From: Candidatus Oxydemutator sp.
Lineage (GTDB): Bacteria > Pseudomonadota > Gammaproteobacteria > Poriferisulfidales > Oxydemutatoraceae
Length of the DNA stretch: 64,000 bases
Reading direction: 5' to 3'
NCBI GenBank assembly: GCA_965203445.1
Contig: OZ241883.1
Span: 1,568,001 to 1,632,000 of the forward strand
Made by a program: the position numbers and the translations under genes. The notes beneath the pieces were generated by a model, which was given only the letters and a program-made list of their open reading frames with translations, was not told the origin of the DNA and made no database searches. Positions 27,071 to 42,000 of this stretch are shown piece after piece (the stretch's first letter is position 1; every line of letters starts with the position of its first letter).

Positions 27071-30000
27071 ATGAAATCAGCAGCGAGATTTATCGCTACC
27101 GCGCTCCTCGCGTGCGTGGCGAACTCTGCCCACGCCATTCTTCAGGCTACCGTTTCCGTGGAAAATGAACGCGTCGAAGACACCGAGTTCTACGTCTTCG
27201 ACGTTTATCTCGAATCGAGCAGCAATGACGTGCTGTCGAACACAAACCCCGAGACGACGATACGTCTCGACACGCTGCAACTCCTTTTCAACTTCAGTAG
27301 CAATACCGCGGTAACCGTAACCGGCGCTGACATAACTTCCTACTTTGACTGGTCCGCGTACGGCAACGCGAGCGGCACCGTCACGGGCGTGCAATACATA
27401 CTGCGCGATTACCAGGCCGCGGGCGCCGCCACGACCGCGCTGAATCCGCGCATAGTGATAGACGCGTGGGAACTGGAAGACGCCACCGCCACCGACCTGT
27501 TCCAGCTTGCGCACGGCAGCGACGGCAAGACGCGGCTTTTCACCGTGCGCCTGCCGATTGCCGACCGCGACCGCCTGCCCGGCATGGAGATCGATATGCG
27601 ATCTACGATACTGCGCAGCAGCCAGAGCGAGATCCAGGAGCGGGCCATGTCGGTTGTCAGCGACGGCGCGGGCGGTTACCGCGCCGGTAGTTTGACGCAA
27701 AGGCCCCGTCCGATTCAGAGCCTGCGCCCGATGGCGACGATAACGGCGCGGACGCCGGTCGCCGCCGAAGGCACGAGCATCGCGTTCGACGTGCAGGCGC
27801 CCGGTGTCACCACCGGCACCTACGTCTTTTATCGGGTAAGCGGTTTCGGGGATGAGCCGGCGGACAACGATGATTTCCAGGGTCAGACTTCCCTGCCGTT
27901 CATGGGCACGTTGGCACTGCGCGAAGGCTCGACGCGCGGCGTGATCAACGTGTCCTTTAACGACGACGTGGACTCGGAACCGGAAGAGGGTTTTGTCGTG
28001 ACGCTGTTGACGTTGCAGACGTCGGCGTCGGAGAGCGCCGCCGTTCCTCTGGCCGTGCAATCCTCGGCTTCTGCGGCTATCGCGCCGAGTGATCCGCAGT
28101 TGGATCTGGCCCCGGTGCAGGCGACCTCCAGAGGACAGCCCGTCGTTTTCACCGTCAATTTGTCGCGTCCTTCCGACGGGCAGGTGCGATTTACGTGGGA
28201 GATTTCTGATGGCGGTAGCGGGTCTAATCCCGACCGGGTGGAACCGGGTGATTTTGACTATGACGAAGATAGGTCGCCGGACGCCGCTTTTCCCACGAGT
28301 CGTACGACGGTTCCGTTCGGCCAGAACAGTATCACTATAAGCGTCGCTACCTACGACGATCCCGATAATATAGAAGTGGCGGAGCAGTACTACGTGTCAA
28401 TTACCGCGTCGGCTGCCGCGACAATCGGGGTTTCTGACGGCGAGCAAGACCTTATTGACGTTTCCGTTCCGGTGGTCTCCATCAGAGGTCCTCTAGATGC
28501 GGTGTCCGAGGCGAGTAGTGCGTCGGCGGGTTTTGTTGTCGCACCCACCCCGCCGGGAGATGTAACCGTCTACTATAGAGTCGCCGGCGTGGGAGATACC
28601 ACCGGCACCGACGTTGAGAGTGCTGATTTGCGGCCTGCCGACAGAAACTGCTTTGGCGCGACGGCGAGGTGCCAGGCAGCGGTAAGAGACGGAAGTGATA
28701 CCACTTTGCTAGGGTTCGAGAATGACGACCTGGTGGAGCCGAGGGAAAGTTTCCGGATAATTCTTTTGTCCGGCGACGGCTATGCATTGGGCGCCGTCAC
28801 CAGTGCCGTGGGCAGCGTCGAGGCGAGCGACCGCGCGTTGACCATAGCGGCGTCGGATGCGACGTCCGCCGACGAGGGAGAAGCGCTGGAATTCACCATC
28901 GGGCTGACGGCGCAATCGGTCACGCTGACGGAGGCGATGCAGGTGTCGTACCGGGTTACCGGCACGGACGTCACTGCCGAAGACTTCGAAGGCGCGCTTG
29001 AGGGCATGGTTATGCTGGCCGCAGGCGAGAGAAGCACGACGTTTTCGGTAACCTTGCGCGCCGACGACTACGGGGAGGGGGTGGAAAGCTTCCGCGTAGA
29101 AGTCACGGAAGCGACCGGCGGTGGCGGCGACCACACCAACAATCTGCCGGTCGCGCCGGCGACGGCCGAGATCAACGCCGAAACCCGGTTGATAGCGAGG
29201 GCGATTGTGCACCATCGGAACCAGCACGCCTATTACCGGATGGGCGAATTCAGCATCGCCGAATCCAGCACCGACACCATTGGTATCGGTGTGGAACTGG
29301 TGGATACCAACGGCACCCCTATGGATCCGTCAGAGTCGGTTACGGTGCGCTACAGGCTGTCCGGATCGGCCACTGACGGGGAGGATTACACGAGGTCGGG
29401 TTCGGGGAACACGTTCACGGTCGGCACCGACAACAGCACTGCGACCGTCATAATCACGCTGATTGACAACAAGCTGAACGAGTCCGACGAAGACGTCGCG
29501 ATAGAGCTGCTCGCGATCACCGCGGGCACCGAGACGGCCGTATTGGCCGCCGCGGCCTCGTCCAGGAGCACCGCGTTCACGATCAACGACGACGACGAGT
29601 TGGAAGTCTCGATTGCGCGCAGCGACTCGGGCGATCTGGTCGAGGGTGCGCCGACGGCGGGCGGGCGCACGGCCGAGTTCGTCGTAACCGCGAACTCGAC
29701 CGCCACGGCGACGCTGACGATCCCGTTTACGGTGAGCGGAGGGGACGCCGGCGACTACACGCTGACGCCTTCGACGGCGGTGGAAATAGTGGAAGATGAG
29801 ACCACCGCTACGATCACGCTCGAGGTGGTGGACGACGCGCTCAACGAGGGCGCGGAGACGCTGACCGTCGGGCTGGTCGAGGTGCGGGGAGCGCTCGGCG
29901 CGGCCTCGGTGTCGGCGGACGAGGGTTCGGCGTCGGCGACGATAGCCGCGAACGACGAGATCACGGTGTCGTTGTCGGATCTTGTGTCCGGCGGTGCGGA

Positions 30001-33000
30001 AGGCACGACCGCGCGGTTCGCGGTGTCGCTTGCGGGCGGCGAGGCGACCGAGGAGACCGTGGTGCCGTGGCAAGTCGTGTCGGGTACCGTCGGCGGTGCT
30101 TCCGCCGCTGATTTTGCGGTCGGTGCCGGCGAGTTGCGCTTTGCGGTGGGTGTCACGCGGCAGAACATAGATTTGTGGATAGTTGACGACGAGTCGTACA
30201 TGGAGCCCGACGAGTCGTACATGGTGAGAATCAATCAGCCGACGGGCGGCGGCAGCGGTTCCGTGACTTTGGGCACCCCCTCCACGGTGACGGCGGTGAT
30301 TCCTGCCGATCTTCCGGTGGTCTCGATAGAGAGCGTCGTAGCGGACGTCGCGGAAGGCGATGCCGTGGCGATGACGTTGACCGCCACGTTTGTGACGATG
30401 AATATGAGCGTCAACTACCGGGTGGTTTCCCCGACCGCCGGCGTCGGCATAGACTCCGGTGACCTGGCGGCGGGCGCGCAAGGCGCGGACTGTTTCGGCG
30501 CCACGGCGACGTGCGAGACGTCCGTCGGCGCGAGCACGAATATTCTGACCACGGTCAACGACGCCGCCGTCGAGCCGTCGGAGGGTTTCCGGGTGGTATT
30601 GCTGCCGGGCGACGGTTATGAATTGGGTGAGCCGAGCAACGCGGTGGGCAGCGTCGAGGCGAGCGACCGCGAGTTGACGATAGCGGCGTCGTCTGCGTCC
30701 GCCGACGAGGGGGAGACGCTGGACTTCACCGTCGGGCTGACGGCGCAATCGGTAGGGTTGACGGAGGCGATGCAGGTATCGTACCGGGTTACCGGCACGG
30801 ACGTCACTGCCGAAGACTTTGAGGGCGCGCTTGAGGGCATGGTTACGCTGGCCGCAAGCGAGAGAAGCACGATGTTTACGATAACCTTGCGCGCCGACGG
30901 CATGGAGGAGACTGCGGCGGAGAGCTTCCGCGTAGAGATCACCACGGCGACCGGCGGTGGCGGCGACCACACCAACAACCTGCCGGCCGCGCCGGCGACG
31001 GCCGAGATCAACGCCGACAACCGACTGATAGCGAGGGCGTTTGTTTACCGGCAGGGCATGTTTTACCAGGTGGTGGACAGAGGTCTTGCCGTCAACGAAA
31101 ACGAGGGTCAGGGCACCGGTGTCGTTCAAATCGGTGTGGAGCTGGTGAATGTCAGCGGCACCAAGACGAATCCGCGAGAGTCGGTTACGGTGAGCTACAG
31201 GCTGTCCGGATCGGCCGACGGCGCGGACTATACGAGATCGGATTCGGGGAACACGCTCACGGTCGGCACCAACACCAGCACCAGAACCGCCACCATCACG
31301 CTGGTTGACGACAATCTGAACGAGTCCGCCGAAGACGTCGTGATAGAGCTGCTTGCGATCACCGCGGGCAACGACGCGGCCATATTGGCCTCCGAGGCCT
31401 CGTCCAGGAGCATCGGGTTCACGATCAACGACAACGATCCGGCCACCTACGCGATCACGGCCGACAAGGACAGCGTGTCCGAGGGCGACGATCCAGGCTA
31501 CCGGGTTACTTTGGACCGGCTGTCCGCGGGCGACATCACGGTGTCGTACACGGTAAGCGGGATCGGCGCCGACGGTTACTCGGCGGGCACCGAGACGACC
31601 GTGTTGAGTGGCGAGACCAGCGCCGCCATTGCGCTGACGATAGTGGACGACGACGTCAACGAGGCGACGCAGACGCTGGTTGTAACCATAGGCGACATGC
31701 CGCGGATCGGCGCGGGCGCGGGCGAGGCGTTGCGCGCCGCCGACAGTTCGCGGCAGTCGGTCGAGATAGCGCGGAGCGATCCGCTGACCTACGCGGTCGA
31801 GTCGCTGACGCCGAACGTGTCCCAAGAACCCGGGACTGCGCGCTTTCGTCTTACGCTGACGGGTGGCGTTGCCGGCGCGCGGACAACGGTGACGTACACG
31901 CTTTCGATATCCGCGAGCAACGCCGGCGGCGAGACCGCGGATTTCAGCGATAACGACGACGGCAATTTCGTCTTCGTCGCCGGCAGCACCCGCGCCGAGA
32001 TAACCGTGAGCATCCTGGATGACGGGGTGGATGAGCAGGCGGAGACGCTGACGCTCAGCACCACGGCGACGGCGACGGTCGCCACCGGCGGCGGCATCGT
32101 CAGCCGTTCCGCCGAAACGCAGGATCAGACGGCACAGGCGGTCATCGCCGCGAACGGCGCTGCCGTTCGCTGGTTCCATATCACGGCGCTGCCCGAGGGC
32201 ACCACCAGCGTGGCCGAAGGCGCGCAGGCTACCTATGCGATCAGTTACGACGGCACGACGCCGTCCGCGGGCGAGACGATTACCGTGACCTGGGAGGTGG
32301 CCGGCACCGGCACGCGCGCCGCGTCCGCCGCCGACTTTGCGCAGAGAACGGGTACCGTGGCGTTTTCTGATTCCGACGCTCCGGGTGCTCCGCGCACCGT
32401 TACGCTTCAGATTGCGGAGGACACTCTGAACGAAGGCGACGAGACGTTCACGATCACGATCACCGAGGACAATGGGTTTTCGACGGTGTATTCGACCCGC
32501 GCGATGGTCGAGACGACGATCAACAGCGACGCCGACGACGCGCTGGTAGCCTCGATTGCGCGCAGCGATTCGGGCGATCTGGTCGAGGGCGCACCGACGA
32601 CGGACACGCGCACGGCTCAGTTTGCCGTCAGTTTGAACTTGACCGCCACGGCCGTGCTGACGATACCGCTTATGGTGAGCGGGGACGTCGGCGATTACAC
32701 GCTGACGCCTTCGACGGCGCTGGAGATACCGGAAGGGGCGAAGACCGCCTCGATCACGCTCGAGGCGGCGGACGACGCGTTCAACGAGGGCGCGGAGACG
32801 CTGAGCGTCGAGCTGGGCGGGGTGCAGGGAGCGCTCGGCGCGGCTTCGGTGTCGGCGGACGCGAGTTCGGCCGCGGTGACGATAGCCGCGAACGACGAGA
32901 TCACGGTGTCGCTGTCGGAGCTTGTGTCCGGCGGTGCGGAAGGCACGACCGCGCGGTTCACGGTGTCGCTTGCGGGCGGCGAGGCGACCGAGGAGACCGT

Positions 33001-36000
33001 GGTGCCGTGGCAGGTTGTGTCGGGCACCGTTGGCGGTGCTTCCGCCGCTGATTTTGGAGCCGGAGCCGGCGGTGGCGAGTTGCGCTTTGCGGTGGGCGTC
33101 ATGCAGCAGAGCATATACGTGCGGATTGCCGACGACGACGTGCTCGAGCCCGAGGAGTCGTACATGGTGAGGATCAGCCAGCCGACGGGCGGCGGCAGCG
33201 GTTCCGTGGCTTTGGGCACCCCGTCCGTGGTGACGGCGGTGATTCCTGCTGATTCTCCGATGGTCTGGATAGAGGACGTGACCGCGGAGGTCGCGGAGGG
33301 CAGCGCCGTGGCGATGGCGTTGACCGCCACGTTTGCGACCAATGTGAACGTCAACTACCGGGTGGTTTCCCCGACCGTCGGCGTCAGCATAGACTCTGCT
33401 GATTTGGCGGCGGGTGCGCAAGGCGCGGATTGCTTTGGCGCCACGGCGACATGCGTGACGTCCGTCGGCGCGAGCGCGAATATCCTGTCCACGGTCAACG
33501 ATGCTGCCGTCGAGCCGCCGGAAGGTTTCCGAGTGATGTTGCTGCCGGGCGACGGTTATACGTTGGGTGAGCCGAGCAGCGCGGTGGGCAGCGTCGAGGC
33601 GAGCGACCGCGAGTTGACCATAGCGGTGTCGTCTGCGTCCGCCGACGAGGGAGAGACGCTGGACTTCACCATCGGGCTGACGGCGCAATCGGTAGAGTTG
33701 ACGGAGGCGATGCAGGTGTCGTACCGGGTTACCGGCACGGACGGTATCACCGCCGGAGACTTTGAGGGCGCGCCGCTCGAGAGCATGGTTACGCTGGCCG
33801 CAGGCGAGAGAAGCACGACGTTTTCGATAACCTTGCGCGACGACGGCCTTGAGGAGAGAGCCGAAAGCTTCCGCGTAGAAATCACGGAAGCAACCGGTGG
33901 CGGCGGCGATCACACCAACAACCTGCCGGCCGCGCCGGCGACGGCCGAGATCAACGCCGAAACCCGGCTGATAGCGAGGGCGATTGTTCACCGTGCGGGC
34001 ACCTATTACCGGATGGGCGAATTTGACATCAGCGAATCCGCCGACGGCACCGTCGGTATCGGTGTGGAATTGGTGAATATCGACGGCAACCCCACGACTC
34101 CGCAAGAGTCGGTTACGGTGAGTTACAGGCTGTCCGGATCAGCCGGCGGAGAAGACTACACGAGGTCAGGTACAGGGAACACGCTCACGGTCGGCACCGA
34201 CAAGAGCACTGCAACCGTCACAATCACGCTGATTGACGACAATCTGAACGAGTCCGCCGAAAACGTCGCGATAGAGCTGCTCGCGATCACCGAGGGCACC
34301 GAAACGGCCGTATTGACCTCCAAGGTCTCGTCGAGAAGCACCGCGTTCACGATCAACGACAACGATCCGGCCACCTACGCGATCACGGCCGACGAGAGCA
34401 GCGTGTCCGAGGGCGACGATCCGGGCTATCGGGTTACTTTGGACCGTCCGTCCGCGGGCGATATCACGGTGTCGTACACGGTAAGCGGGATCGCCGCCGA
34501 CGGTTATTCCGTGGGGGGCGCCGCGACTGAGACGACCGTGTTAAGTGGCGAGACCAGCGCCGCTATTGCGCTGACGATATTGGACGACAACGTCAACGAG
34601 GCGACGCAGACGCTGGTCGTAACCATAGGCGACATGCCGCGGATCGGCGCGGGCGCGGGCGCGGTGTCGCGCGCCGCCGACAGTTCGCGGCAGTCGGTCG
34701 AGATAGTATGGAGCGATCCGCTGACCTACGCGGTCGAGTCGCTGACGCCGCGCGTGCCTGATGAACCCGCTACCGCGCGCTTTCGTCTTACGCTGACGGG
34801 TGGCGTTGCCGGCGCGCGGATAACGGTGCCGTACACGCTTTCGATAACCGGCACCAACGCCGTCAACGCCGGCGGCGAGACCGCAGATTTCAGCGATAAC
34901 GACGACGGCAGTTTCGTCGTCGTCGCCGGCAGCACCCACGCCGAGATAACCGTGAGCATCCTGGATGACGGGGTGAACGAGCAAGAGGAGACGCTGACGC
35001 TGACGGTCGGCGCCACGCCGATAGTCGCCGCCGGCGGCGGCATGGTCAGCCGCTCCGCCGAAGCGCAGGATCAGACGGCGCAGGTGGTCATCCCGGCGAA
35101 CGGCACCGTCGCTCGCTGGTTCCGTATCGCGGCGGTGCCCGAGGGCACCACCAGCGTGACCGAAGGCGCGCAGGCCACCTATGCGGTCAGCTACGACGGT
35201 GCGAGGCCGCTCGCGGGCGTGCCCATTACCGTGACTTGGGAGGTGGCCGGCGCGGCCGGCACCGGCACGCGCGCCGCGTCCGCTGCCGACTTTGCGCAGA
35301 GAACGGGTAGCGTGGAATTTTCTGATACCGACGCTCCGGGCGTCGCCCGCAACGTCATGCTTCGGATTGCCGAGGACACTCTGAACGAGGGCGACGAGGC
35401 GTTCACGATCACGATCACCGAGGACAATCAGTTTTCGCGGGTGTATTCGACCGCTTCGATGGTCGAGACGACGGTTACCGACGATGCCGACGACGCACTG
35501 GCAGTCTCGATTGCGCGCAGTGATTCGGGCGATCTGGTCGAGGGCGCGCCGGTGACGAGCGTGCGCACGGCCGAGTTTGTCGTGACCGTGGGCAACGCGA
35601 CCGCCACCGCGGCGCTGACGATCCCGCTTACGGTGAGCGGCGACGTCGCCGGTGCGGAAGACGCCGACTATACGCTGACGCCTGCGACGATGCTGGAGAT
35701 ACCGGAAGGGATGAGCACCGCCTCGATCACGCTCGAGGCGGTGGACGACGCGCTCAACGAGGGCGCGGAGACGCTGACCGTCGAGCTGGTCGAGGTGCGG
35801 GGAGCGCTCGGCGCGGCCATGGTGTCGGCGGACGCGAGTTCGGCGTCGGCGACGATAGCCGCGAACGACGAGATCACGGTGTCGCTGTCGGAGCTAGTGT
35901 CCGGCGGTGCGGAAGGCACGACCGCGCGGTTCACGGTGTCGCTTGCGGGCGGCGAGGCGACGGCGGAGACCGTGGTGCCCTGGCAAGTTGTGTCGGGCAC

Positions 36001-39000
36001 CGTCGGCGGTGCCTCCGCCGCTGATTTCGCGGTCGGTGCCGGCGAGTTGCGCTTTGCGGTGGGTGTCACGCAGCAGAGCATATATGTGCGGATTGCCGAC
36101 GACGACGTGCTCGAGCCCGAGGAGTCGTACATGGTGAGAATCAATCAGCCGACGGGCGGCGGCAGCGGTTCCGTGGTCTTGGGCACCCCGTCCGTGGTGA
36201 CGGCGGTGATTCCCGCTGATTCTCCGATGGTCTGGATAGAGAGCGTGACCGCAAACGTCGCGGAAGGCGGCGCCGTGGCGATGGCGTTGACCGCCACGTT
36301 TGCGACCAACGTGAACGTCAACTACCGGGTGGTTTCCCCGACCGCCGGCGTCAGCATAGACTCCGCTGATTTGGCGGCGGGCGCGCAAGGCGCAGACTGT
36401 TTCGGCACCACGGCGACGTGCGTGACCTCCGTCGGCGCGAGCGCGAATATCCTGTCCACGCTCAACGACGCCGCCGTCGAACCGTCGGAAGGTTTCCGGG
36501 TGGTGCTGCTGGCGGGCGACGGTTATACATTAAGTGAGCCGAGCAGCGCGGTGGGCAGCGTCGAGGCGAGCGACCGCGAGTTGACGATAGCGGCGTTGTC
36601 TGCGTCCGCCGACGAGGGGGAGACGCTGGACTTCGCCATCGGGTTGACGGCGGAATCGGTAGAGTTGACGGAGGCGATGCAGGTGTCGTACCGGGTTATT
36701 ACCAGCACCAGTATCACCGCCGAAGACTTTGAGGGCGCGCTTGAGGGCATGGTTACGCTGGCCGCAGGCGAGAGAAGCACGATGTTTGCGATAACCTTGC
36801 GCGACGACGGCGTGGAGGAGACTGCGGCGGAGAGCTTCCGCGTGGAGATCACCACGGCGACCGGCGGTGGCGGCGACCACACCAACAACCTGCCGGTCGC
36901 GCCGGCGACGGCCGAGATCAACGCCGACGGCCGACTGATGGCAACGGCGTATGTTCAGCGAGGCAGTACCGCTTACCGAGTGGGCGAAGACAATCTTATC
37001 GTCAACGAACACGAAGGCACTGGAGCCGGCAGCATTTATATCGGTGTGGAACTGGTGGATGACGGTGGTAATCCTACGGATCCGCGAGAGTCGGTTACGG
37101 TGAGTTACAGGCTGTCCGGATCAGCCGACGGGGCCGACTACACGAACTCGGATTCGGGGAACACGATCACGGTCGCAACCGACAAGAGCACCGGAACCGT
37201 CACCATCACGCTGGTTGACGACAATCTGAACGAGTCCGCCGAAGACGTTGTGATAGAGCTGCTTGCGATCACCGCGGGCAACGACGCGGCCGTATTGGCC
37301 TCCGAGGCCTCGTCGAGGAGCATCGCGTTCACGATCAACGACAACGATCCGGCCACCTACGCGATCACGGCCGACGAGGGCAGCGTGTCCGAGGGCGACG
37401 ATCCGGGCTACCGGATTACTTTGGACCGGCTGTCCGCGGGCGACATCACGGTGCCGTACACGGTAAGCGGGATCGGCGCCGAGGGTTACTCGGCGGGCAC
37501 CGAGACGACCGTGTTGAGTGGCGAGACCAGCGCGTCCATCGCGCTGACGATAGTGGACGACAACGTCAACGAGGCGACGCAGACGCTGGTCGTAACCATA
37601 GGCGACATGCCGCGGATCGGCGCGGGTGCGGGCGAGGCGTTGCGCGCCGCCGACAGTTCGCGGCAGTCGGTCGAGATAGCGCGGAGCGATCCGCTGACCT
37701 ACGCGGTCGAGTCGCTGACGCCGGACGTGTCCGGCGAACCCGGGACTGCGCGCTTTCGTCTTACGCTGACGGGTGGCGTTGCCGGCGCGCGGATAACGGT
37801 GCCGTACACGCTTTCGATATCCGGCACCAACGCCGTCAACGCCGGCGGCGAGACCGCGGATTTCACCGATAACAACGACGGCAGTTTCGTTGTCGCCGTC
37901 GGCAGCAGCAGCGCCGAGATAAGCGTGAGCATCCTGGATGACGAGGTGGAAGAGCAGGAGGAGACGCTGACGCTGACGGTCAGTGCTACGTCAATAGTTG
38001 CCGCCGGTGGCGGCGCAGTCAGCCGCTCCACCGAAGCGCAGGATCAGACGGCGCAGGCGGTCATCCCCGCGAACGGCGCCATCGTTCGCTGGTTCCACAT
38101 CACGGCGGTGCCCGAGAGCACCACCAGCGTGGGCGAAGGTGCGCAGGCCATCTATGCGATCAGTTACGACGGTACGACGCCGTCCGCGGGTGAGACGATT
38201 ACCGTGACCTGGGAGGTGGCCGGCGCCGGCATGCGCGCCGCGTCCGCCGCCGACTTTGAGCAGAGCATGGGTAGCGTGGAATTTTCCAATACCGACGCTC
38301 CGGGCGTCGCCCGCAACGTCATGCTTCGGATTGCGGAAGACACTCTGAACGAGGGCGACGAGGCGTTCACGATCACGATCACCGAGGACAATGGGTTTTC
38401 GCGGGTGTATTCGACCGCTTCGATGGTCGAGACGACGGTTACCGACGACGCCGACGACGCGCTGGTGGTCTCGATTGCGCGCAGTGATTCGGGCGATCTG
38501 GTCGAGGGCGCGCCGACGACGGGCGTGCGCACGGCCGAGTTTGTCGTAACCGTGGGCAACGCGACCGCCACCGCGGCGCTGACGATCCCGCTTATGGTGA
38601 GCGGCGACGTCGCCGGTGCGGAAGACGCCGACTACGTGCTGACGCCTTCGGTGGAGCTGGAGATACCGGAAGGGATGAGCACTGCTTCGATCACGTTCGA
38701 GGCGGTGGACGATGCGCTCAACGAGGGCGCGGAGACATTGAGCGTCGAGCTGGGCGGGGTGCAGGGAGCGCTCGGCGCGGCCTCGGTGTCGGCGGACGCG
38801 AGTTCGGCTGCGGTGACGATAGCGGCGAACGACGAGATCACGGTGTCGCTGTCGGAGCTTGTGTCCGGCGGTGCGGAAGGCACGACGGCGCAGTTCACGG
38901 TGTCGCTTGCGGGCGGCGAGGCGACCGAGGAGACCGTGGTGCCGTGGCAGGTTGTGTCGGGCACCGTTGGCGGTGCTTCCGCCGCTGATTTTGGAGCCGG

Positions 39001-42000
39001 AGCCGGCGGCGGCGAGTTGCGCTTTGCAGTGGGTGTCACGCAGCAGAACATATATGTGCGGATCGTCGCCGACGACGTGATCGAGTCCGACGAGTCGTAC
39101 ATGGTGAGAATCAGTCAGCCGACGGGCGGCGGCAGCGGTTCCGTGGTCTTGGGCATCCCCTCCACGGTGACGGCGGTGATTCCCGCCGATGTTCCGGTGG
39201 TCTCGATAGAGAGCGTCGTAGCGGACGTCGCGGAAGGCGAGGTCGTGGCGATGGCGTTGACCGCCACGTTTGCGACCAATGTGAACGTCAGCTACCGGGT
39301 GGTTTCCCCGACCGCCGGCGTCAGCATAGACTCTGCTGATTTTGCGGCGGGTGCGCAAGGCGCGGATTGCTTCGGCGCCACGGCGACGTGCGAGACGCCC
39401 GTCGGCGCGAGCATGAATATCCTGTCCACGGTCAACGACGGTGCCGTCGAGCCGTTGGAAGGTTTCCGGGTGGTGCTGTTGCCGGGCGACGGTTATACAT
39501 TGGGTGAGCCGAGCAGCGCGGTGGGCAGCATCGAGGCAAGCGACCGCGAATTGACGATAGCGGCGTCGGATGCGACGTCCGCCAACGAGGGGGAGACGCT
39601 GGAATTCACCGTCGGGCTGACGGCGCAATCGGTAGAGTTGACGGAGGCGATGCGGGTGTCGTACCGGGTTACCGGCACGGCTGTCACTGCCGACGACTTT
39701 GAGGGCGCGCTTGAGGGCATGGTTACGTTGGCCGCGGGCGAGAGAAGCACGATGTTTTCGGTAACCTTGCGCGCCGACAACTACGGGGAGGGGGTAGAAC
39801 GCTTCCGCGTAGAAATCACGGAAGCGATGGGCGGTGGCGGCGATCACACCAACAACCTGCCGGCCGCGCCGGCGACGGCCGAGATCAACGCCGAAGCCCG
39901 GTTGATAGCGAGGGCGTTTGTGCACCATCGGAACGCGCACGCCTATTACCGGATGGGCGAATTCAGCATCGCCGAATCCAGCACCGACACCATTGGTATC
40001 GGTGTGGAACTGGTGGATGCCGACGGCACCCCCACGAATCCGTCAGAGTCGGTTACGGTGCGCTACAGGCTGTCCGGGTCTGCCGGCGGGGACGACTACA
40101 CGAGATCGGGTGGTTCGGGGAACACGCTCACGGTCGGCACCAGCAACAGCACTGCAACCGTCATAATCACGCTGGTTGACGACAATCTGAACGAGTCTGG
40201 CGAAGACGTCGCGATAGAGCTGCTTGCGATCACCGCGGGCACCGAAACGGCCATATTGGCCGCCGCGGCCTCGTCGAGGAGCACCGCGTTCACGATCACC
40301 GACAACGATCCGGCCACCTACGCGATCACGGCCGACGAGGACAGCGTGTCCGAGGGCGACGATCCGGGCTACCGGGTTACTTTGGATCGGGCGTCGGCGG
40401 GCGACATCACGGTATCGTACACGGTGAGCGGGATCGGCGCCGGCGGTTACTCGGCGGGCACCGAGACGACCGTGTTGAGTGGCGAGACCAGCACGGCCAT
40501 CGCGCTGACGATAGTGGACGACGACGTCAACGAGGCGACGCAGACGCTGGTCGTAACCATAGGCGACATGCCGCGGATCGGCGCGGGCGCGGGCGCGGTG
40601 TCGCGCGCCGCCGACAGTTCGCGGCAGTCGGTCGAGATAGTATGGAGCGATCCGCTGACCTACGCGGTCGAGTCGCTGACGCCGGACGTGCCCGACGAAC
40701 CCGCTACCGCACGCTTTCGTCTTACGCTGACGGGTGGCGTTGCCGGTGCGCAGATAACGGTGCCGTACACGCTTTGGATATCCGCGAGCAACACCGTCAG
40801 CCAGACCGCGGATTTCAGGGATAACGACAACGGCAATTTCGTCGTCGCCGCCGGCAGCAGCCGCGCCGAGATAACCGTGGATATCCTGGATGACGGGGTG
40901 AGCGAGGCGGCGGAGACGCTGACGCTGGCAGTCAACACCACGGCGACGGTCGCCGCCGGCGGCGGCATGGTCAGCCGCTCCGCCGAAGCGCAGGATCAGA
41001 CGGCGCAGGCGGTCATCGCCGAGAACGGCGTCGCCGTTCGCTGGTTCCACATCACGGCGGTGCCCGAGGGCACCACCAGCGTGGGCGAAGGCGCGCAGGC
41101 TACCTATGCGGTCAGTTACGACGGCACGACGCCCTCCGCGGGTGAGACGATTACCGTGACCTGGGAGGTGGCCGGCACCGGCATGCGCGCCGCGTCCGCC
41201 GCCGACTTTGCGCAGAGCGCGGGTAGCGTGGAATTCTCTGATGCCGACGCTCCAGGCGCCGCCCGCAACGTCACGCTTCAGATTGCGGGGGACACTCTGA
41301 ACGAGGGCGACGAGGCGTTCACGATCACGATCACCGAGGACGATCTGCTTTCGCGGGTGTATTCGACCGGTTCGATGGTCGAGACGACGGTTACCGACGA
41401 TGCCGACGACGCGCTGGTGATCTCGATTGCGCGCAGCGATTCGGGTGATCTGGTCGAGGGCGCGCCGACGACGAGCGTGCGCACGGCCGAGTTCGTCGTG
41501 ACCGTGGGCAACGCGACCGCCACCGCGGCGCTGACGATCCCGCTTACGGTGAGCGGCGACGTCGTCGGTGCGGAAGCGGCCGACTACGTGCTGACGCCTG
41601 CGACGATGCTGGAGATACCGGCAGGGATGAGCGCCGCTTCGATCACGCTCGAGGCGGTGGACGACGCGCTCAACGAGGGCGCGGAGACATTGAGCGTCGG
41701 ACTGGTCGAGGTGCAGGGAGCACTCGGCGCGGCCTCGGTGTCGGCGGACGCGAGTTCGGCTGCGGTGACGATAGCCGCGAACGACGAGATCACGGTGTCG
41801 CTGTCGGAGCTTGTGTCCGGCGGTGCGGAAGGCACGACGGCGCGGTTCACGGTGTCGCTTGCGGGCGGCGAGGCGACTGAGGAGACCGTGGTGTCGTGGC
41901 AAGTCGTGTCGGGCACCGTTGGCGGTGCTTCCGCCGCTGATTTTGGAGCCGGAGCCGGCGGCGGCGAATTGCGCTTTGCAGTGGGTGTCGCGCAGCAGAG

